NCBI GenBank assembly: GCA_963833985.1
Contig: CAWIAD010000002.1
Location: 4,448,001 to 4,512,000 of the forward strand
Direction: 5' to 3'
Source: an uncultured Planctomycetaceae bacterium
Lineage (GTDB): Bacteria > Planctomycetota > Planctomycetia > Isosphaerales > Isosphaeraceae
Length of the DNA stretch: 64,000 nucleotides
Part shown: positions 62,420-64,000 of the stretch, in pieces
Numbering within the stretch: position 1 is the stretch's first letter
Layout: every line of letters starts with the position of its first letter
Program-made: the position numbers and the translations under genes
The notes under the pieces: model-generated
What the model was told of the DNA's origin: nothing
Seen by the model: only the letters and a program-made list of their open reading frames with translations
The model's database searches: none

Positions 62420-63531
62420 GGCAGTGTCTGGACCTCGACGGAAACGACGGCCGGCAAGTCACGGACGATGGGGGCCCAGGTTTCACCGGCGTCCGCGGAG
62501 GCGTACACCTGGCCGCCGGTCGTCCCGAAATAAACACCGCACTGGTCCAGCGAATCGACGGCCATCGCATCGCGCAACACGTTCACGTAGCAGTCGCCCT
62601 GCGGCAGCCCCTCGGTGAGCGGCTCCCAGTCGTTTCCTCCGGTACGGCTGCGGTAAACGCGCAGCTTACCGTCGATCGGGTAGTGCTCGGAATCACTCTT
62701 GATCGGCACCACGAAAACCGTGTCCGGCTCGTGCGCGTGCACGTCGATCACGAAGCCGAAGTCGGTGGGCAGGTTACCGCTGATCTCGTGCCACGAATCA
62801 CCCGCATCGTCGCTGCGCATCACGTCCCAGTGTTTCTGCATGAACAGCACACCGGGACGGTCACGGTGCATCGCGATGCGGTGAACGCAATGGCCCACCT
62901 CGGCATTCGGATCCGGGATGTACTGCGAGCGCAGACCCCGGTTGATGGGCTTCCACGTTTGCCCGCCGTCATCGGTCCGGAACGCCCCCGCGGCCGAGAT
63001 GGCGATGTAGATGCGCTGCGGATCGGCCGGGTCCAGCAGGATCGTGTGCAGGCAAAGCCCGCCCGCACCCGGCTGCCAGCGCGGGCCCGAGCCGTGCCCG
63101 CGCAACCCGGGAAGCTCCTGCCAGGACTTGCCGCCGTCGGTGGAACGGAACAGCGCGGCATCCTCGACCCCGGCGTAGACCTCGTCGGGATTCGTCAGTG
63201 ACGGCTCGAAGTGCCAGACCCGCTTGAATTCCCAGGGATGCGGCGTGCCGTCATACCACTGATGCGTCCCGGCATCGCCCTCGTACACGAACTTGTTATC
63301 AACCGTCTCCCAGGTTTTCCCCCCGTCGCCGGAGCGCTGGACCATCTGCCCGAACCACCCTGAGGACTGCGAGGCATAGATCCGGTCCGGGTCGACCGGC
63401 GAGCCTTTCATATGGTAGATCTCCCAGCCGCCAAACATGGGGCCGCTCACGTCCCAGTGCTTGCGCATGCCATCGGACGTGAGAATAAATGCGCCTTTTC
63501 GCGTTCCGACCAGCACTCTCACCGAGCTCAT
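62416..63531 (-). CDS. BNR/Asp-box beta-propeller (sialidase/Ycf48-like) protein
   Basis: [10 protein letters not shown]; repeated Sx[22 protein letters not shown] Asp boxes. Confidence 0.88.
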   Translation of the reverse strand: MSSVRVLVGTRKGAFILTSDGMRKHWDVSGPMFGGWEIYHMKGSPVDPDRIYASQSSGWFGQMVQRSGDGGKTWETVDNKFVYEGDAGTHQWYDGTPHPWEFKRVWHFEPSLTNPDEVYAGVEDAALFRSTDGGKSWQELPGLRGHGSGPRWQPGAGGLCLHTILLDPADPQRIYIAISAAGAFRTDDGGQTWKPINRGLRSQYIPDPNAEVGHCVHRIAMHRDRPGVLFMQKHWDVMRSDDAGDSWHEISGNLPTDFGFVIDVHAHEPDTVFVVPIKSDSEHYPIDGKLRVYRSRTGGNDWEPLTEGLPQGDCYVNVLRDAMAVDSLDQCGVYFGTTGGQVYASADAGETWAPIVRDLPAVVSVEVQTLP

Positions 63532-63612
63532 GGTCCACTCCCTCGCGAGCTCCGCGCTCGCTCTCTTGTTCACGGACACACTCGAGACGCCGGGCGAAAA
63601 CCGGCCTTCACG

Positions 63613-64000
63613 TCAAGGCCGCGCCCACGGCGCCAGGAACCTCATCTCGGGCATCTCGGGCAGACAGGACAGCGATCGGGGCTGCGCAGACAGCGCGGCG
63701 CTCAGTGCGGTGCCGGCAAATCGGAGGAGCTCGAGCACGGGACGGATCTCCACGGTCCCCGCGCGTGCACCGGGAATCCGAGCGGCGATGGCGATGGCCT
63801 CGTCAAGGTCCTGCGCCTCGATCAGGAAATAGCCGCCAAGCTGTTCACGGGTCTCGGCGAACGGGCCGTCGGTGATCATGGTCGTGCCCTCGCGCACCCT
63901 CACGCTCGTGGCGGCCGCCACGGGATGCAAGGGGTTGGCCGCCAGGTACTGGCCCTTCTCGTTGAGGTCGTGAGCCAGTTGCGTGGACTCGATGTAGCAG
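63613..64000 (-). CDS. YciI/DGPF-domain protein (5' end outside the window)
   Basis: TDGPFAETREQLGGYFLI..DLDEAIAIAARIP..VEIRP. Confidence 0.88.
   Translation of the reverse strand, partial: CYIESTQLAHDLNEKGQYLAANPLHPVAAATSVRVREGTTMITDGPFAETREQLGGYFLIEAQDLDEAIAIAARIPGARAGTVEIRPVLELLRFAGTALSAALSAQPRSLSCLPEMPEMRFLAPWARP

Noticed and set aside
1..64000. tRNA or rRNA genes (including selC)
   Set aside because: None recognised by eye; a tRNAscan-SE run would be needed to exclude them.

Overview
GC-rich bacterial window that looks planctomycete, probably Isosphaeraceae-like (inferred from the ECF sigma + Ser/Thr kinase-WD40-TPR pair, Uma2, DUF433/DUF5615 and Gly-rich TPR proteins). Contents in order: (1) 0.3-9 kb, a surface-glycan cluster with two GT2s, a polyprenyl sugar-phosphate transferase and three GT-C/ArnT-like membrane proteins. 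(2) A Tat-exported selenocysteine formate dehydrogenase with an in-frame UGA and SECIS. Its alpha gene (23.5-26.8 kb) is separated from beta/NrfD/lipoprotein/FdhE (9.5-12.5 kb) by an ~11 kb insert. (3) In that insert, a striking array of alternating ~66-nt inverted arms with a fixed 54-nt loop and 21/23-nt subunits. The arms bracket small Uma2 and DUF433-DUF5615 gene cassettes and lie divergent from an uncharacterised gene with a near-consensus promoter; this is the best candidate for an undescribed system. The insert also holds a GH2 and a Fic gene. (4) Two Gly/Tyr-rich secreted TPR paralogues, a SnoaL-like protein and a transporter operon, with two sigma54-type promoters. (5) A mobile-element graveyard at 37.6-48.4 kb that includes an intact IS4 inserted in a hairpin. 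(6) An NtrC-type two-component system, HAD, sugar isomerase, S1/P1 nuclease and SEC-C/TPR proteins. (7) An IS1182 nested in a hairpin inside a MITE. (8) MoaD-BNR-YciI genes. About nine otherwise intact genes show single frameshifts, which most likely reflects uncorrected assembly indels.
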